A stretch of 64,000 bases of DNA from Flectonema sp. DT1601 (Eukaryota): contig OZ025781.1 of NCBI GenBank assembly GCA_964019425.1, positions 1,178,001 through 1,242,000 on the forward strand, given 5' to 3'. The notes under the pieces were generated by a model. That model was not told where the DNA came from and did no database searches. It saw only the letters and a list, made by a program, of their open reading frames with translations. Positions within the stretch are counted from its first letter, which is position 1; every line of letters starts with the position of its first letter. A program made the position numbers and the translations under genes. Shown here in pieces: positions 12,486 through 24,233 of this stretch.

Positions 12486-14972
12486 TTAATCCACGACGTC
12501 AATGGTGAGTCCACTCCTCGGAAATTCGGGTATCATCTTAGCGGCTTCCATTGCAATTACATCTGAACTATCACAACTGTTTAAAATAACATCAGCATTC
12601 CCCTGATTGAAAGCATTTCTATAAGATTCTGACCAACCCCACTCAGATTCTTCTTCTTCAGGTCCGCTGTACGAATTTGAAACTCTTTCGGAGTCTCTCC
12701 AAATCGATGGCGAAGCAGCTCTTTCAATATTAACCTGACAAATTACTAAAATATCTGTTGACACTTTCCAAACATCAATTGGTCGAGTAATCGTTCTCAA
12801 GTAAGGATCCTTATCGATATCTGGTGCCTCTGACATCCCCGTGATGAGAGTAAAACTTGAGATGCCCGCAGCATACACTGCTAATGCTCTACTAACATCA
12901 ACACAAGACCCTACTATAGTAACGAATTTCTGACTGTAATTTCCAACATTTCCCCAACGCAAAGCACCAGATGCAACTCCACAAGAAACACTTCTCTTTT
13001 TGGTCGATAATAAAGATGTGAATCGAATTGTTGAGGAAACATGTTCTCGACAAGGTTTTGATGTGTTCCATCCGACTACGAATGATGAATTACAAACTGA
13101 AGCAATGCAGCCATTCGTTCTTTCAGAACACTGTAAGATTGATGACGCAATCGATTGTAAAGACTTTGTCATCTCTGATTTTGGAATCACAATAGTAGCG
13201 ATAGTCGCATAGTCTCTCTTCTCAAGATGGTCTGGCATGAGTCGTAGATTACCTGATGAACCAGCTAATGGATTCACACCTAACAATGGATTCCTTATCT
13301 CAAGAGGAGGAAGCTCTGATTTTTTCACAGGAGCTGAAAGATCTCTTTTTACAACAGTCGCTCTTCCTGATAGTGTTCCAGGTAGAAGTAAACTAATATT
13401 TATTGGGGTTGTCACTCCTTTAAGTTTCTTTTCACCAACAGGAATAACGATAGTATCAGCGGGGATGCAAGCATTAGCAGCGTAGTTTGGAGTAACTGAT
13501 ATCGATCCAGAATTGGTCGTCAATTCGTGTTTTGCAAAATTTTGAGTCGTCAGCTCAGTGATTGCTTCATTTGAAACAGCAATACATCCGCCAACACATG
13601 CTGCTTCCATTCTCGCTGCTGTATTTACAGTTGGACCAAAATAATCATATCTGCCAGTGACAGGGTTCACTTCACGTTCAACAGGTCCGTGATTTATTCC
13701 AACACGGATTCGGATGCCAGACCAAACTCCAGGTTCTTTTTTTGACGGTGTTATATTATCTAGTTCTGAAGGCCATGCCGCTTCGTAAAGTCTTTCTTGA
13801 ATAAGTAAACCAAACACAATCGCTGTTGACAATTCATCAAAAGCAACCATGAAAGCATCTCCAATAGTTTTAACTTCGTATCCATCGAAAGCCAAAATGT
13901 AATCTCTTATGATTGTGTTGTGTTTTTTTAAAGCACGCTTCATAGTGCCGGTAGCAGCTTCCCATAAAACAGTACTGCTCACAATGTCTGTAAAAACAAT
14001 TGCAGCAAACCCATTGTATCCCGGGGCTGAAATGCCTTGTTCTATTGGAATAAGACAAGAATCACCATTTACTATGAGAGAGGAAGTATGAGGAATTAGT
14101 GCTGAAACTTCCCTGTCAAAAAGAGAATCAGGGAGATAGGGTCGATATAATTTCAAGTTATCGAGCAGCTGAGAAAGGACATCTGCGGAAGCGTTTTCAC
14201 TGTCTTTGATGATTAGCTCTGCTAAGTCTAAGTCAAAGTCAACTAGAGCTGCTGTCACTCTTTCCGACAGGGTGATAGAGTCTTTCAAATGAAGTCGTTC
14301 TGACTCTGCTCTCGCAGAAAAACCTCTCGTAAAATGATAATCTAAAATGAATATTGCTAAGTAATAAAAGAAATTAGTGGAACCACGACTCAACCCAACT
14401 GAACATGGAGGGCTCTTACAGTTCGTTAATTCGACTCTGTCTTCATAGTCTGCAGTTCCTTCAACGTCAAAGAGACCGAATCTGATTGACAATTCTATCT
14501 GTGTAATCATAAGATAAAGTGTTACTCCGACAAGGATTGCTCCTGATGCCCGATATCTAACTTTGCATACTAAGAGAATATCTAAAATTATTATAAAAAT
14601 TGGCCAATTCCTTTCAACCAACACCTGAGCATTGTTAAAATCAGCAAGTAAAGCTGTAAGTGAGTGAATTGCAACAACCAGTTCGATAATACTGTCTGGC
14701 ATGGTTCTAGTCGAGATCAAGTGGATGAGTCCAAAGACGCTCGCTAATAGAGAAGCTAGTATTGCTACACCCAAACCATATCTATGCCTCTTTAATAGCA
14801 TTTCATGATAGATCAGTAGACCGTAAAGCATCATAATACTTGTTGAGATTAGATAAGCGCTGAAATATTTTTTTCTATTCTTCATATCGTAATTATCATT
14901 TTCAACGACAACTCGTCTAAAGAGCGGTCTCAGAAGACGGTCGAGGAGGCTGTTTTTGGTTCGCGATGTCAT
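12486..14972 (-). CDS. Membrane-bound class III adenylate cyclase (multi-TM N-terminus, catalytic domain, degenerate second cyclase-like domain)
   Basis: Start MTSRTK at 14972; the ORF track's extra N-terminus is poly-T/A UTR. Catalytic motifs FTDIVSST, EVKTIGDAFM and YDYFGPTVNTAARME. The C-terminal CGVASG..WGNVG..IVG domain is degenerate. Confidence 0.9.
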   Translation of the reverse strand: MTSRTKNSLLDRLLRPLFRRVVVENDNYDMKNRKKYFSAYLISTSIMMLYGLLIYHEMLLKRHRYGLGVAILASLLASVFGLIHLISTRTMPDSIIELVVAIHSLTALLADFNNAQVLVERNWPIFIIILDILLVCKVRYRASGAILVGVTLYLMITQIELSIRFGLFDVEGTADYEDRVELTNCKSPPCSVGLSRGSTNFFYYLAIFILDYHFTRGFSARAESERLHLKDSITLSERVTAALVDFDLDLAELIIKDSENASADVLSQLLDNLKLYRPYLPDSLFDREVSALIPHTSSLIVNGDSCLIPIEQGISAPGYNGFAAIVFTDIVSSTVLWEAATGTMKRALKKHNTIIRDYILAFDGYEVKTIGDAFMVAFDELSTAIVFGLLIQERLYEAAWPSELDNITPSKKEPGVWSGIRIRVGINHGPVEREVNPVTGRYDYFGPTVNTAARMEAACVGGCIAVSNEAITELTTQNFAKHELTTNSGSISVTPNYAANACIPADTIVIPVGEKKLKGVTTPINISLLLPGTLSGRATVVKRDLSAPVKKSELPPLEIRNPLLGVNPLAGSSGNLRLMPDHLEKRDYATIATIVIPKSEMTKSLQSIASSILQCSERTNGCIASVCNSSFVVGWNTSKPCREHVSSTIRFTSLLSTKKRSVSCGVASGALRWGNVGNYSQKFVTIVGSCVDVSRALAVYAAGISSFTLITGMSEAPDIDKDPYLRTITRPIDVWKVSTDILVICQVNIERAASPSIWRDSERVSNSYSGPEEEESEWGWSESYRNAFNQGNADVILNSCDSSDVIAMEAAKMIPEFPRSGLTIDVVD

Positions 14973-15863
14973 TGTTATATTCTTATTATTATTTTTTTTT
15001 TTTTTTTGACCCCCAAAAAAAAAAAAAAAAAAAAAAAAAAACTCAACCGAAAAAAAGATATCCTGGGGAGGTAGAAAGATCATTATTGTTTTGAAAATAA
15101 CCAAAAGTACTTCGTTGAACTCGTTGAGTAAATATCCTTATGAGTACCTGTAAAAAAGAAAAAAAAAAAAAAAACTTATCAAAAGATTAACCAAATTCGA
15201 TTCTACATTATTCTCTTACGGTTCGTGAACAAATGTTTGTGTTTTTTTTTCCCTGATATTTTTTTGGGGCCAGGGACATTTCGCAAAAAAAAAAAAAAAA
15301 AAAAAAAAGAGAATTCAACAACGTCACCTAGACAGATGACATTCTTTTTGAAACGAATCGGAGTTTAATACTCATCTAAAGGATATCAAACCCAGTCATG
15401 ATAACCTAATATTCAACGTTCTGTGGATACTTGATGGATGTCTTTGCCTGAAAACTTTCAGACGGGTCAACGCCGAGACAACATGTTGGAACAACACGCG
15501 CTAATAGAAGTATCATTCACACACAACATAATAACATCGAGAGAGAGTCACCCAGAAACAGGATACACACTTCCCTTTCTCTGATGTAAATTGGTATCAT
15601 TAGTAGCTGATTGTTACATCATAAAAGGTGGATAAACAAAACAAAAAAAAAAAAGAATTTCTCCATTGCAGGAGTTTCACACAAATAAGAATAATAATAG
15701 AAACGGACAAAATACGATTGATTTTCGTATCTGGATATTCCAGACTTTAAAACAGGGGCAGCCTCTTTAGAAAAGAAGACTCTCATAAAAAATGAAACTC
15801 GTTTTGAGATTCGTGAAGGAGTAGAAAAGAAACCAAAACAATAATAAACGCTTAAGAACGCAC

Positions 15864-16166
15864 TTACTCACTCATAATTGAGAATAGAAACGGTAAAGTC
15901 TTACAGTCGCTGATATCATCAGTGGCAGCCATCAAGGCTTGTACTGGACTCGTTTCTTTTGATCGAAGACCGAGAATTGCACCTCCTCGCATCACACTGG
16001 CGCCACTCTTCCGCCACTCCTTATGCATGTTTTCTTCATCTTTCGCTGATTGTAATTTTCTTGATCTCGCTGGGCACTCTGTTCTGATTGCCGCGGGTGG
16101 CGGTGCTGCTGCCTCATGCGGCATCCCATTCTCAGCTACTCCGATAGCCTTCCTTATCCTGCTCAT
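15864..16166 (-). CDS. Small hypothetical protein, possibly the first exon of a spliced gene
   Basis: GC-richer, protein-like ORF MSRIRKAIG... with upstream acceptor TCTTCTTCAG and a possible donor GTAAGA near 15904. 3' structure unresolved. Confidence 0.45.
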   Translation of the reverse strand: MSRIRKAIGVAENGMPHEAAAPPPAAIRTECPARSRKLQSAKDEENMHKEWRKSGASVMRGGAILGLRSKETSPVQALMAATDDISDCKTLPFLFSIMSE

Positions 16167-16439
16167 TATTATTATTTATTTCTGAAGAAGATTAAAATAA
16201 ATAAACCATCTCATGGTATTATTGAGTGTGAGTGTGGTAAGTGTGTTAACATAGCAGCAGCCGGGATCCACCGAAATAGGTTAGCTGAAAGAGAGTATCA
16301 GTGAAGATCAGAACCGACAGCGCTTGCGCTACGACGCAAAGCAGCAGAATAAAACATTTTATAATAAGGGTTAAAGTTGCGCTTCGCAATAAAGTGAGAA
16401 AAAAACATCGTTACTGTAAAAGTAACCGAGAGACTCTAC

Positions 16440-18581
16440 TCAAACATCCTTCAAGTTCATTACAGTAAAACCTTCACCGTAATTTAAAGACCAGTCAAAG
16501 TTTGAATTATTATTCTCAGATCCGAATGCTTTTAACATCTTTAATTCCTCTTCTCTGTTTCTGAGATGATCTTCTGAAGGCTTCGGAAGGTCAGAGATGG
16601 TTAGATATGGTGATCCTTGACCAAATATTTGTCTGGTTGGTTTATATAAAAATGATGATATAGTTCTGAATGTTAGTGAAATTCGAGCACCACTTTCAAT
16701 TGTTTGATGTGATGGTCGATTTTTTGATTGAAGACTACGTTTATCTGGTCTGATTCCGTGAACTAATCTCCTATTGCTCTCCCATCCTAAAACGAATATT
16801 GAATTGTCCGGGAGCTCAATGAGTTGTTTGCTTCGATGGTTTGAAGGAACATCTTTTTTCGATGATAAAGTCATCGTTCGAGAAGCACCAAAACTAACAT
16901 TAATGATTTCAGATCCTTTCTTTATGTCTAATGTTTTATCGGCGTGAGGTGAGATGTTGTCTTCACCTGTTCTGTATTTTTGAATTAGGACGTGATTTAA
17001 AGTTGATTTCGTAACTTTTTCAACTTCTTGTTTTATTCTAAACACCAGAGGAGACCAGGAACTCTGTTTTGGTTGTGCATCGGCTGGGTGTCTGTAGCAG
17101 GGTTCCGTTCGAAGACCATCATCAACGTCGCCCTGAACGGATACTAGTCTTGGTACCTCTCCTCCTCTGTGTTCCATCGTTTGCCAACAAACATCTGAAT
17201 TTAGTTTTGAAAAAAAGTCGCTTTGATCGTACGGTTCTTTCATGCAACGACCATAGAGCATGCAGTCTCCAATTCCTAAATCCGTGAGTGGTTTTGGATT
17301 TGAATATAATCCAATTTCATCATACATTTCTCGAGTCCAGTTGGTGTTGGTTTCACACAAATGTCGTTTTATAAAAATTATTTCATCAGTTTTTTGATTA
17401 CTATTAATAACCCTCACTAATCTCTTCCAAACTGACATCGGTCCAGTCTTCCACTCCGGAGGAGTTGATTTCTTAACAGACAGATTCGTCTGTTGAACTA
17501 TCCAATACAAGTTTAATTTTCTTAAACAAAAAATATTCGATAACGGAAATCCCTTGTAAACCACAAATGAAAGACTTGCCACTAGCAGCATGTCAGAAGG
17601 TGATAGAGGTAGATTTGATTCAACAATGTCGTCTAATACTAATAATGTCTTTATCAGGTCATGTACCTTTGTGACAACAACATCATCATCTTTAACTCTA
17701 AACACAGAAATCAGTTCAAATAAATGTCTTATTAATTTAACATTTTCAGATTCAGATTTCAATATTAGTTTCAGCAATGAATCACCACAGTAATCTAGTG
17801 AGTTGTGAGTTAAAACCACGTGTTCTAAGATATCATCATCTTTGTTTTTTTTTGTTTTTTTCTTCGATTCATCGAGTTCGTCCTCACCACTCACAGTCTG
17901 ACAGCAATCTCCAACCCTGTCACTGTATTGAAAAGAATGGTTATTCTCAATCAGGAACATCGAAGTTGCAAATGTCAACACATCAGCCTTGTTAGTAACA
18001 ACATGAGATGATGGCGATGGGAGATTTGTTATCAATTTGTAGGTTTCTAACATGGTTATATCAGGCTGGTCGTTCCATGACGACAATATTTTTTGACATG
18101 AACTTTGCGAAGATACCCTCGCAGAGACACAATCAACGGGAACTATGATGTGAGCACAACAGGATCGCAAGTCCTTGATAGTTGATTGAACACATGCTGG
18201 AATGGTTGCCCCTGCAATCACTACCGTCTTATTATAAAAAAAGTTTCTAAGTTTTTGAATATCATCTTCAGTCGTTTGATCAAAAATACTATTACCATTC
18301 TTATACAGGATACGATGTTCTTTTACATCTATCGTTGAAAGTTCAATCTTCTGTCCTAAAGAGGTTGAACAGATGCCGGGTACATTCTTAAATTGGGTAT
18401 TTTGATATTTTGATGATACCAAAACAATTTCACATCCACTCAGCTCATTGATCATCGCAGAGACAACTTTAGCAGAATTTCGGATTGGTTGCGTGTCTTC
18501 TTCGCCAAACACTTGAGCAAACACGCCTTCCAGATTAATGAAATCATGTACCATGTCAATGACTACCACAGTAAGAGACAT
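16440..18581 (-). CDS. Isochorismatase-like (cysteine hydrolase) + AlkB-type 2OG-Fe(II) dioxygenase fusion protein
   Basis: Start MSLTVVVIDM at 18581. Triad-like IDMVHDF / YKNGNS / ACVQST. AlkB-type YRTGEDNISPHADKTLDI, LVHGI and RISLTFR. Confidence 0.85.
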   Translation of the reverse strand: MSLTVVVIDMVHDFINLEGVFAQVFGEEDTQPIRNSAKVVSAMINELSGCEIVLVSSKYQNTQFKNVPGICSTSLGQKIELSTIDVKEHRILYKNGNSIFDQTTEDDIQKLRNFFYNKTVVIAGATIPACVQSTIKDLRSCCAHIIVPVDCVSARVSSQSSCQKILSSWNDQPDITMLETYKLITNLPSPSSHVVTNKADVLTFATSMFLIENNHSFQYSDRVGDCCQTVSGEDELDESKKKTKKNKDDDILEHVVLTHNSLDYCGDSLLKLILKSESENVKLIRHLFELISVFRVKDDDVVVTKVHDLIKTLLVLDDIVESNLPLSPSDMLLVASLSFVVYKGFPLSNIFCLRKLNLYWIVQQTNLSVKKSTPPEWKTGPMSVWKRLVRVINSNQKTDEIIFIKRHLCETNTNWTREMYDEIGLYSNPKPLTDLGIGDCMLYGRCMKEPYDQSDFFSKLNSDVCWQTMEHRGGEVPRLVSVQGDVDDGLRTEPCYRHPADAQPKQSSWSPLVFRIKQEVEKVTKSTLNHVLIQKYRTGEDNISPHADKTLDIKKGSEIINVSFGASRTMTLSSKKDVPSNHRSKQLIELPDNSIFVLGWESNRRLVHGIRPDKRSLQSKNRPSHQTIESGARISLTFRTISSFLYKPTRQIFGQGSPYLTISDLPKPSEDHLRNREEELKMLKAFGSENNNSNFDWSLNYGEGFTVMNLKDV

Positions 18582-19238
18582 CTTGTTGTTATTTATGAGA
18601 AGGGTCTGGGTATGGACCTGGAAAACTAAAAGAGGTTGCATTAACGAAGATTATTTAAGCCAGTCAATTATTCCGTGACGAATGCACTTTTGTTATAAAT
18701 TCACGAACAAAAAGTGTCAAGTTTTTAATTCGTGTTCCCCTTAGATACAAGACCATAGTGTGGTAGTACTGTCTGTTTAAAGAAGTGTTGGATTCATTTT
18801 TATTACGGTTTCAATTCGGTAACACGTCTGTCCCGTGCTAGTAAAGAAGAAGAAGAAGAAGAAGAAGAAGAGCAAAATATTCACCCCTTACGTGAAATTT
18901 CTTGTTGTTTTTTTTTTTTTTTTTTTTTTTAAAAAAACTCTCTCTCTCTCTTTCGGGGTGGGAATATACGTCAACAAACCTGATTGCTTATTTTTTTTTT
19001 AGTTTCGTTCGCTGAGATTTTTTTTTTTTTTTTTCTTCTATGAAAAAAAAAAAAGAGAAAAAAGAGAAAAAAAAACGAGCACATGGTATTCATCCATTGT
19101 CTACAGAAAACAATTCCTTTTATTCACTTTGTGTTTTTTTTTAATTGTTATATTTTTCGGTTTTTTTTTTTTTTTTTTTTTTTTTTTATGCGTACTTGAC
19201 TTCTTTGGATTTCAGAGGACAACAAAGGACAAGTAGCT

Positions 19239-19344
19239 TGTAGCTACTTGGGGTGTGAAACCTTTGACAATGTAAAAACAGTAACAACTTTTTAAATATT
19301 AAAAACAAAATTAATATCAAGTACTTGACTGTAGCTACTTGGGG
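19239..19344 (-). mobile_element. Short element family 2, copy 1, with 15-bp TSD
   Basis: TGTAGCTACTTGGGG at 19239-19253 and 19330-19344. The body matches 21707-21782. Confidence 0.8.
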
Positions 19345-20409
19345 AAGAGAGGAAAAAAAAAAAGTGATTAAACATCCAATTCTGGTGGCTGAGACAGCAA
19401 ACGGAATTGTCCAGAGAAAAGAGAAAAATAAATTAGAAATTCAAGACAGGTTATAACTTTTGCGACAAATAATAATATTATACCAGACAAAAAAAAAAAA
19501 AAAAAAAAAAAAAAAAGGAAAATCAAAAAGATCCACTCGATAAGTCGTTTCACCAAGAAACCACGACCGCAGATAACAGTTTTTTTCTAAAAAAAAAAAA
19601 AAAAAAAAAATGGTTGTAAAAGAGGGGTGAAAAAATCTGAGGAAAACGAAAAAAAAAAATAGACAAATTCACATCTTAACTTTCCAGTCTACGTACAGTC
19701 TTCAACTCGAGGAACATCCTAGCCGACCAAATTGACAAAAGTCTGTTAGATTTTCATCTTGACAGATGCTGAACTAAATTATTAATTCATTTACGAAGCC
19801 TAGGAAGCAATAAAAGTCAGGGGGAAAAAAAAAGTTCACAAAAAATAACCCTAACAAGTAATGTATAACTCCTTGTTGCGATAATTCTCTTCTTCACTCG
19901 TCAACTAGTTTGAGGAGGAAGAATAAAAGTAAGAAGAGAAATCAACAACAACATTCCGTACATCTGATTTTTCATCATCATTGTATTTTTTTTTTTTCTT
20001 TTTTTTACAAAAACAAAAAAAAAAGAGAGAGAAAAAAAACTCAGCCATCCTCACAAATTACATTTTTTTTACACAACATTCTTTACCAAGCACATAGGTT
20101 AGTAGGTACACAAAAAAAAAAAAAAAAATACCTCATTTCTAAAAAAAACAAAATCTAGAAACAAGATAGTTATTACTCATCTCCACAGTAGCATACGCGA
20201 AAACACCTTTTGTATCAGATTGTGGTGGAGTTTCCGAAAACGAGTCGCAAGCAATAATTAAAAAAAAACAAACAATAATATATATTTTTTGTTCAATAAT
20301 GAGGTTTAGTTTATTTGGTGTCAAAGGGATTAGAGCAAATACTCCATTTAGTAATAATAAGTCGGTACATCAAAAACGGTATATCAAAAAAAAAGAAGAA
20401 GAAAAAAAA

Positions 20410-20945
20410 AACAACAACGAGCAAATACACAACACTCGTTATACTTAATAATAGAGGTTCCACTTTTTTTTTTAATTTTTTTTTTTTTTTTAAAATAACG
20501 ATCGCAATAAAAGTGGGAAACAACAGCGCGACAGCAGGTGTTTCCGTTTTTTTTTTTCTTATATAATATTATAACTAACTTAATTATGTTCAAAAAGAGA
20601 TGAAGCTGGAGGTGAAAGATGCTGAGTGAGAACTAGTGTCTCACGTAGAGCATAAGAGTAAGAATTTCTACAACTTGCGATCTCCATACCGATCAGTCGA
20701 TCTCGCTTCATGTTTTAAGGGATGATTCGCAAAGAGTTTGTTTTTTTTTTTTTAAGACAACACCAATACAGTTTTATTGTTGAATCGTGGCATATCAAAC
20801 AACGAGCAATACACAGCACTCGGCATATAGATTCCCCCTTTTTTTTTTTTTTTTTTCAGTTTTTTTTCAGTTTTTTTTTTTCTTTTTTTCTTTTTAATAA
20901 CAATCGCGATTAAGTGGGAAATAAGAGCGTGATAGCAATCGTTCA
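20410..20945. repeat. Diverged local duplication (~20410-20545 and ~20797-20945) with internal poly-T
   Basis: AACGAGCAA(A)TACACA.CACTCG, then poly-T, then TAAC.ATCGC.AT.(A)AAGTGGGAAA.AA.AGCG.GA.AGCA occurs twice. The 17-mer GCAATACACAGCACTCG recurs inverted at 26769-26785. Confidence 0.6.
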
Positions 20946-21679
20946 GGAGGGTTTCCTTTTTTTTTTTTTTTTTTTCGACACCAAGGCGGCTACTAACCTA
21001 GACAATAATTGTCAAAGATTAAATTGGTCACCTGCTGAGATGATCCTTACCTGAGGGGTTCCTTACTATCAACGCAGACTCACCACGAAAATCGGAATAA
21101 AATATAAAAAAAAAAAAAAAAAACTTAAAAAACGGGAATTATCAAGAAACGTTTGCATTTGAGAAAAACTGCCACTCAGCACGCGAAACCATGTACAGAC
21201 TTACCAATGGGTAAAAACGAAAAACACAGTGAAAACAGGTGGCCTCACAAAAAACAAAATTGATAGAGAGAAAAAAAAAACATAAAACATTTATGTTACT
21301 CTTAGACGGTTGAACACCATTGGTTGTGAGAGGAAACAGCGAGATGAAGAACGAAGGGGGGTCAGCTGTTTAAGCATTACGACATTATAAATATCTGGAT
21401 TCGCATCAAAGTTAACTAATTCAGAACATTAGTAATTTACGAGTGACCAAAAAAAGTAACTTGAATACTGACAATTAATCTGGCTAAAATTAAAATAGGG
21501 TTCGGCCAAACCTACATCGTCAGACACTTTTTGAGAGAAACTGTGACTGTTGGGCAAAACTTTGAATAAAAACATTTCACCTTTTTTTTTCTCTTTTTCT
21601 CTTTTTTTTTTTTTTTTTTCCCCTCCTGAGGTAACTGTAAATGTTGTGTGAACTCAACATAATAAAATTAAAAACGACC

Positions 21680-21822
21680 AACATTATTGAGAAAAAGAAA
21701 AAGGGGTGAAACTTTGACAATGTAAAAACAGTAACAACTTTAGATATTAAAGAAAAACAAAATTAATATCAAGTACTTGACTGAAAAATATTTGAAACAT
21801 TATTGAGAAAAAGAAAAAGGGG
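21680..21822 (-). mobile_element. Short element family 2, copy 2, with 27-bp TSD
   Basis: AACATTATTGAGAAAAAGAAAAAGGGG at 21680-21706 and 21796-21822. Confidence 0.8.
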
Positions 21823-22751
21823 GGAAAAAAAAAAAAAAAAACAGAAAAGATAAATAAAACAGCTTCGCATTTTGCACACGGGAAATTCATGGAAGCTCGA
21901 AACTGAGTAACTGTTACGACTTTTTTTTTTTTTTTTAAAATTAGAACATGAGTTTATACTGCACTAAAATATATGAAAAGCTATATAGTTAGGGAACTTG
22001 TGAGAAAATCAGAATTCAAAAAAAAAAAAAAAAAAAAAAAAAAAGACAGATTAAACCCAATACAGCTTTTTATTCCACTGAGAGCACACACGAGATCGGA
22101 ATACACTGTGCTCTACCATCATCATTTTAACTACTCAAGAAATATCTCACTTCAAAAAAGACTGATAGTGTAAGATTGTGACTTTCAGTATACCTGAATA
22201 GATTCTTAAATAACGAACAGTCTCTCTAAAAACTTTGTCCCTTTCAATAAAAACCAAACAAGACAACGACACTCGAAAAGCACAAGAATAATCTGAAAGA
22301 ATTACCTTGTGCGAAGTGATTAAATAAACCACCAAAAGGGGATTAAAAGGGGGGATAATTTGATACTGCATTCTTAAGCTCAAGGGGAGGGGTTAACCAG
22401 AAATCACTCCCCTCTAACAAAAGAAATAATAGAACAATGAAAAAAAAAAACTATTTTTTGGTTAAAATTAGTGGGCAAGAACACCGATTTGCTGGATTAA
22501 GAAAAAACGCGATTGCGGAGAACTAACAACAACAAAAAGAAGGGGAAAATCAAAAAAAAAAAAACAGCACTCCTTTTTTTTGCATTGGTTTTTGAGTGCA
22601 GAAGGGGGTTATGTGGGGAGGTTAACTGCTTTGAGCATACTTACAATGATATAAATGTAATATGATGCATTGTATCAAAAGTGTAACTACTACTAACAAT
22701 TAGTAATATACGAGAGACAGTAATTGCGATGTATAAGGGAAAAAAAAAAGG

Positions 22752-22784
<33 letters not shown>

Positions 22785-23230
22785 CCGGCTTATAATGTCA
22801 CCAAAAAAAGGAAAGCACGTAAAGAAAAGACTCATCCAAAAAAAAAAAAAAGGTGCTTCTAAGAGAGTGCGCCCACAACTAAGGCTACTGATGAGAGGAG
22901 AAAAGCTCTTAGAAAAATATAAGAACGTAGATATATTAACAACAAGTTGATTAGTAAGTTTAACTAACTACCGAGTAGCAGTTGGTTCTTCGAAGATCCC
23001 CAATACCGCAGTGGTTGATTGAACAAAGAAAAGCCTTGTTAGTTTATCTCCCTTTTTAAAAAAAAAAAAAAGAAAAAAGAGCCAAGTATTCACTACTGTT
23101 TAGCCGTACGTACTAATAAAATAGCCGCGGAGTTGGGAAAAGAATTAAAAATAAAAAAAATGAACACCACTAACGAAAAATGCTCTCCGTCAAAAAACAC
23201 TCATAACGATTTGAACATGATAAACAGAAA

Positions 23231-23357
23231 CCATTCAGATAAGCAGCCTTATTATATTTTGTTGATCGCAGCTAGTTTTACTGGCGCACAGGGAAATAGA
23301 TAACATGACATAATAAATAAACGGCTCTTAATCTGAATAGTTTCTTCTCCGACTTCG
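23231..23357. repeat. Dispersed repeat family 3, copy 2
   Basis: Matches 10636-10761. Confidence 0.8.
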
Positions 23358-23635
23358 TCGGTGCAAAAAAAAAACACTCTCTTTATGTACAAACAAAGAA
23401 TCACTTTTCGATCAAAAATTCAGCTTGAGCGAGAGAAGTCAAAACATTCTTGTATGCAGTCTCATTAAAATAAAAAAATTAAAAAAAATACCAAGGCCCG
23501 TAAGAAACAAAATAAATAATTTTTTTTTTTTTTGCAGGTATGCGCGAGTTGACTTTTATTCTGAGTAAAACAAACGAGGAGGGAGGACGTAAGCCCCCCG
23601 CACATCTACTTCTGCCATAACATAAATAGCACCGC

Positions 23636-23813
23636 TCTTTCAGGGGGTTAACTGTTCGAGTTTGTACGTAAAATACAAATGTTTTGTATCATAGACAACA
23701 TAACGATAATTTAACATTAGTTCTGAGATACAGTGACTAAAGGTAATGTTAGTGTAGGTATACACTCTGCGATTGACGTAAATACTTTACATTATAATAA
23801 ATCTTTCAGGGGG
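23636..23813 (-). mobile_element. Short element family 1, copy C, with 12-bp TSD
   Basis: TCTTTCAGGGGG at 23636-23647 and 23802-23813 flanks a 154-bp body. Confidence 0.8.
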
Positions 23814-24202
23814 GTGATAATTATGTAAAAACTATAACAAAAACTTTCAAAAACCCAAGATAAGTATTAAGGTTAAACCGAGAAGTAAAACAGCAGATTA
23901 AGCTTTCACTTTCATTTTTCAGAATCGTATTGTATTGTACCAAAAGTTTATTAATTTAAACGATTAGTGTGGGTAGACCTTCGCCCGTTTAATTACTTGT
24001 CTAAAAAAGTCAGATAACTGATACTCTGGACCACAAAGGGATATATAGCTTGATGGGAGGCAAGGAGAAAAAAAAAAAAAAAAAAAAAAAAATAGTAGTA
24101 ATGTAAAATACCGTGTGTATACCACACTACGAAAAAAAAAAAAACAAATAAAAAAGATGTTGTAGCACTAATCGTGGGAAAACCCCCGACAAAAGCTCAG
24201 AA

Positions 24203-24233
<31 letters not shown>

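Noticed and set aside
8748..12514. Many short K/F-rich ORFs here and in 18.7-27.5 kb and 50.4-51.3 kb
   Set aside because: Products of poly-A/T runs with no domain-like content.
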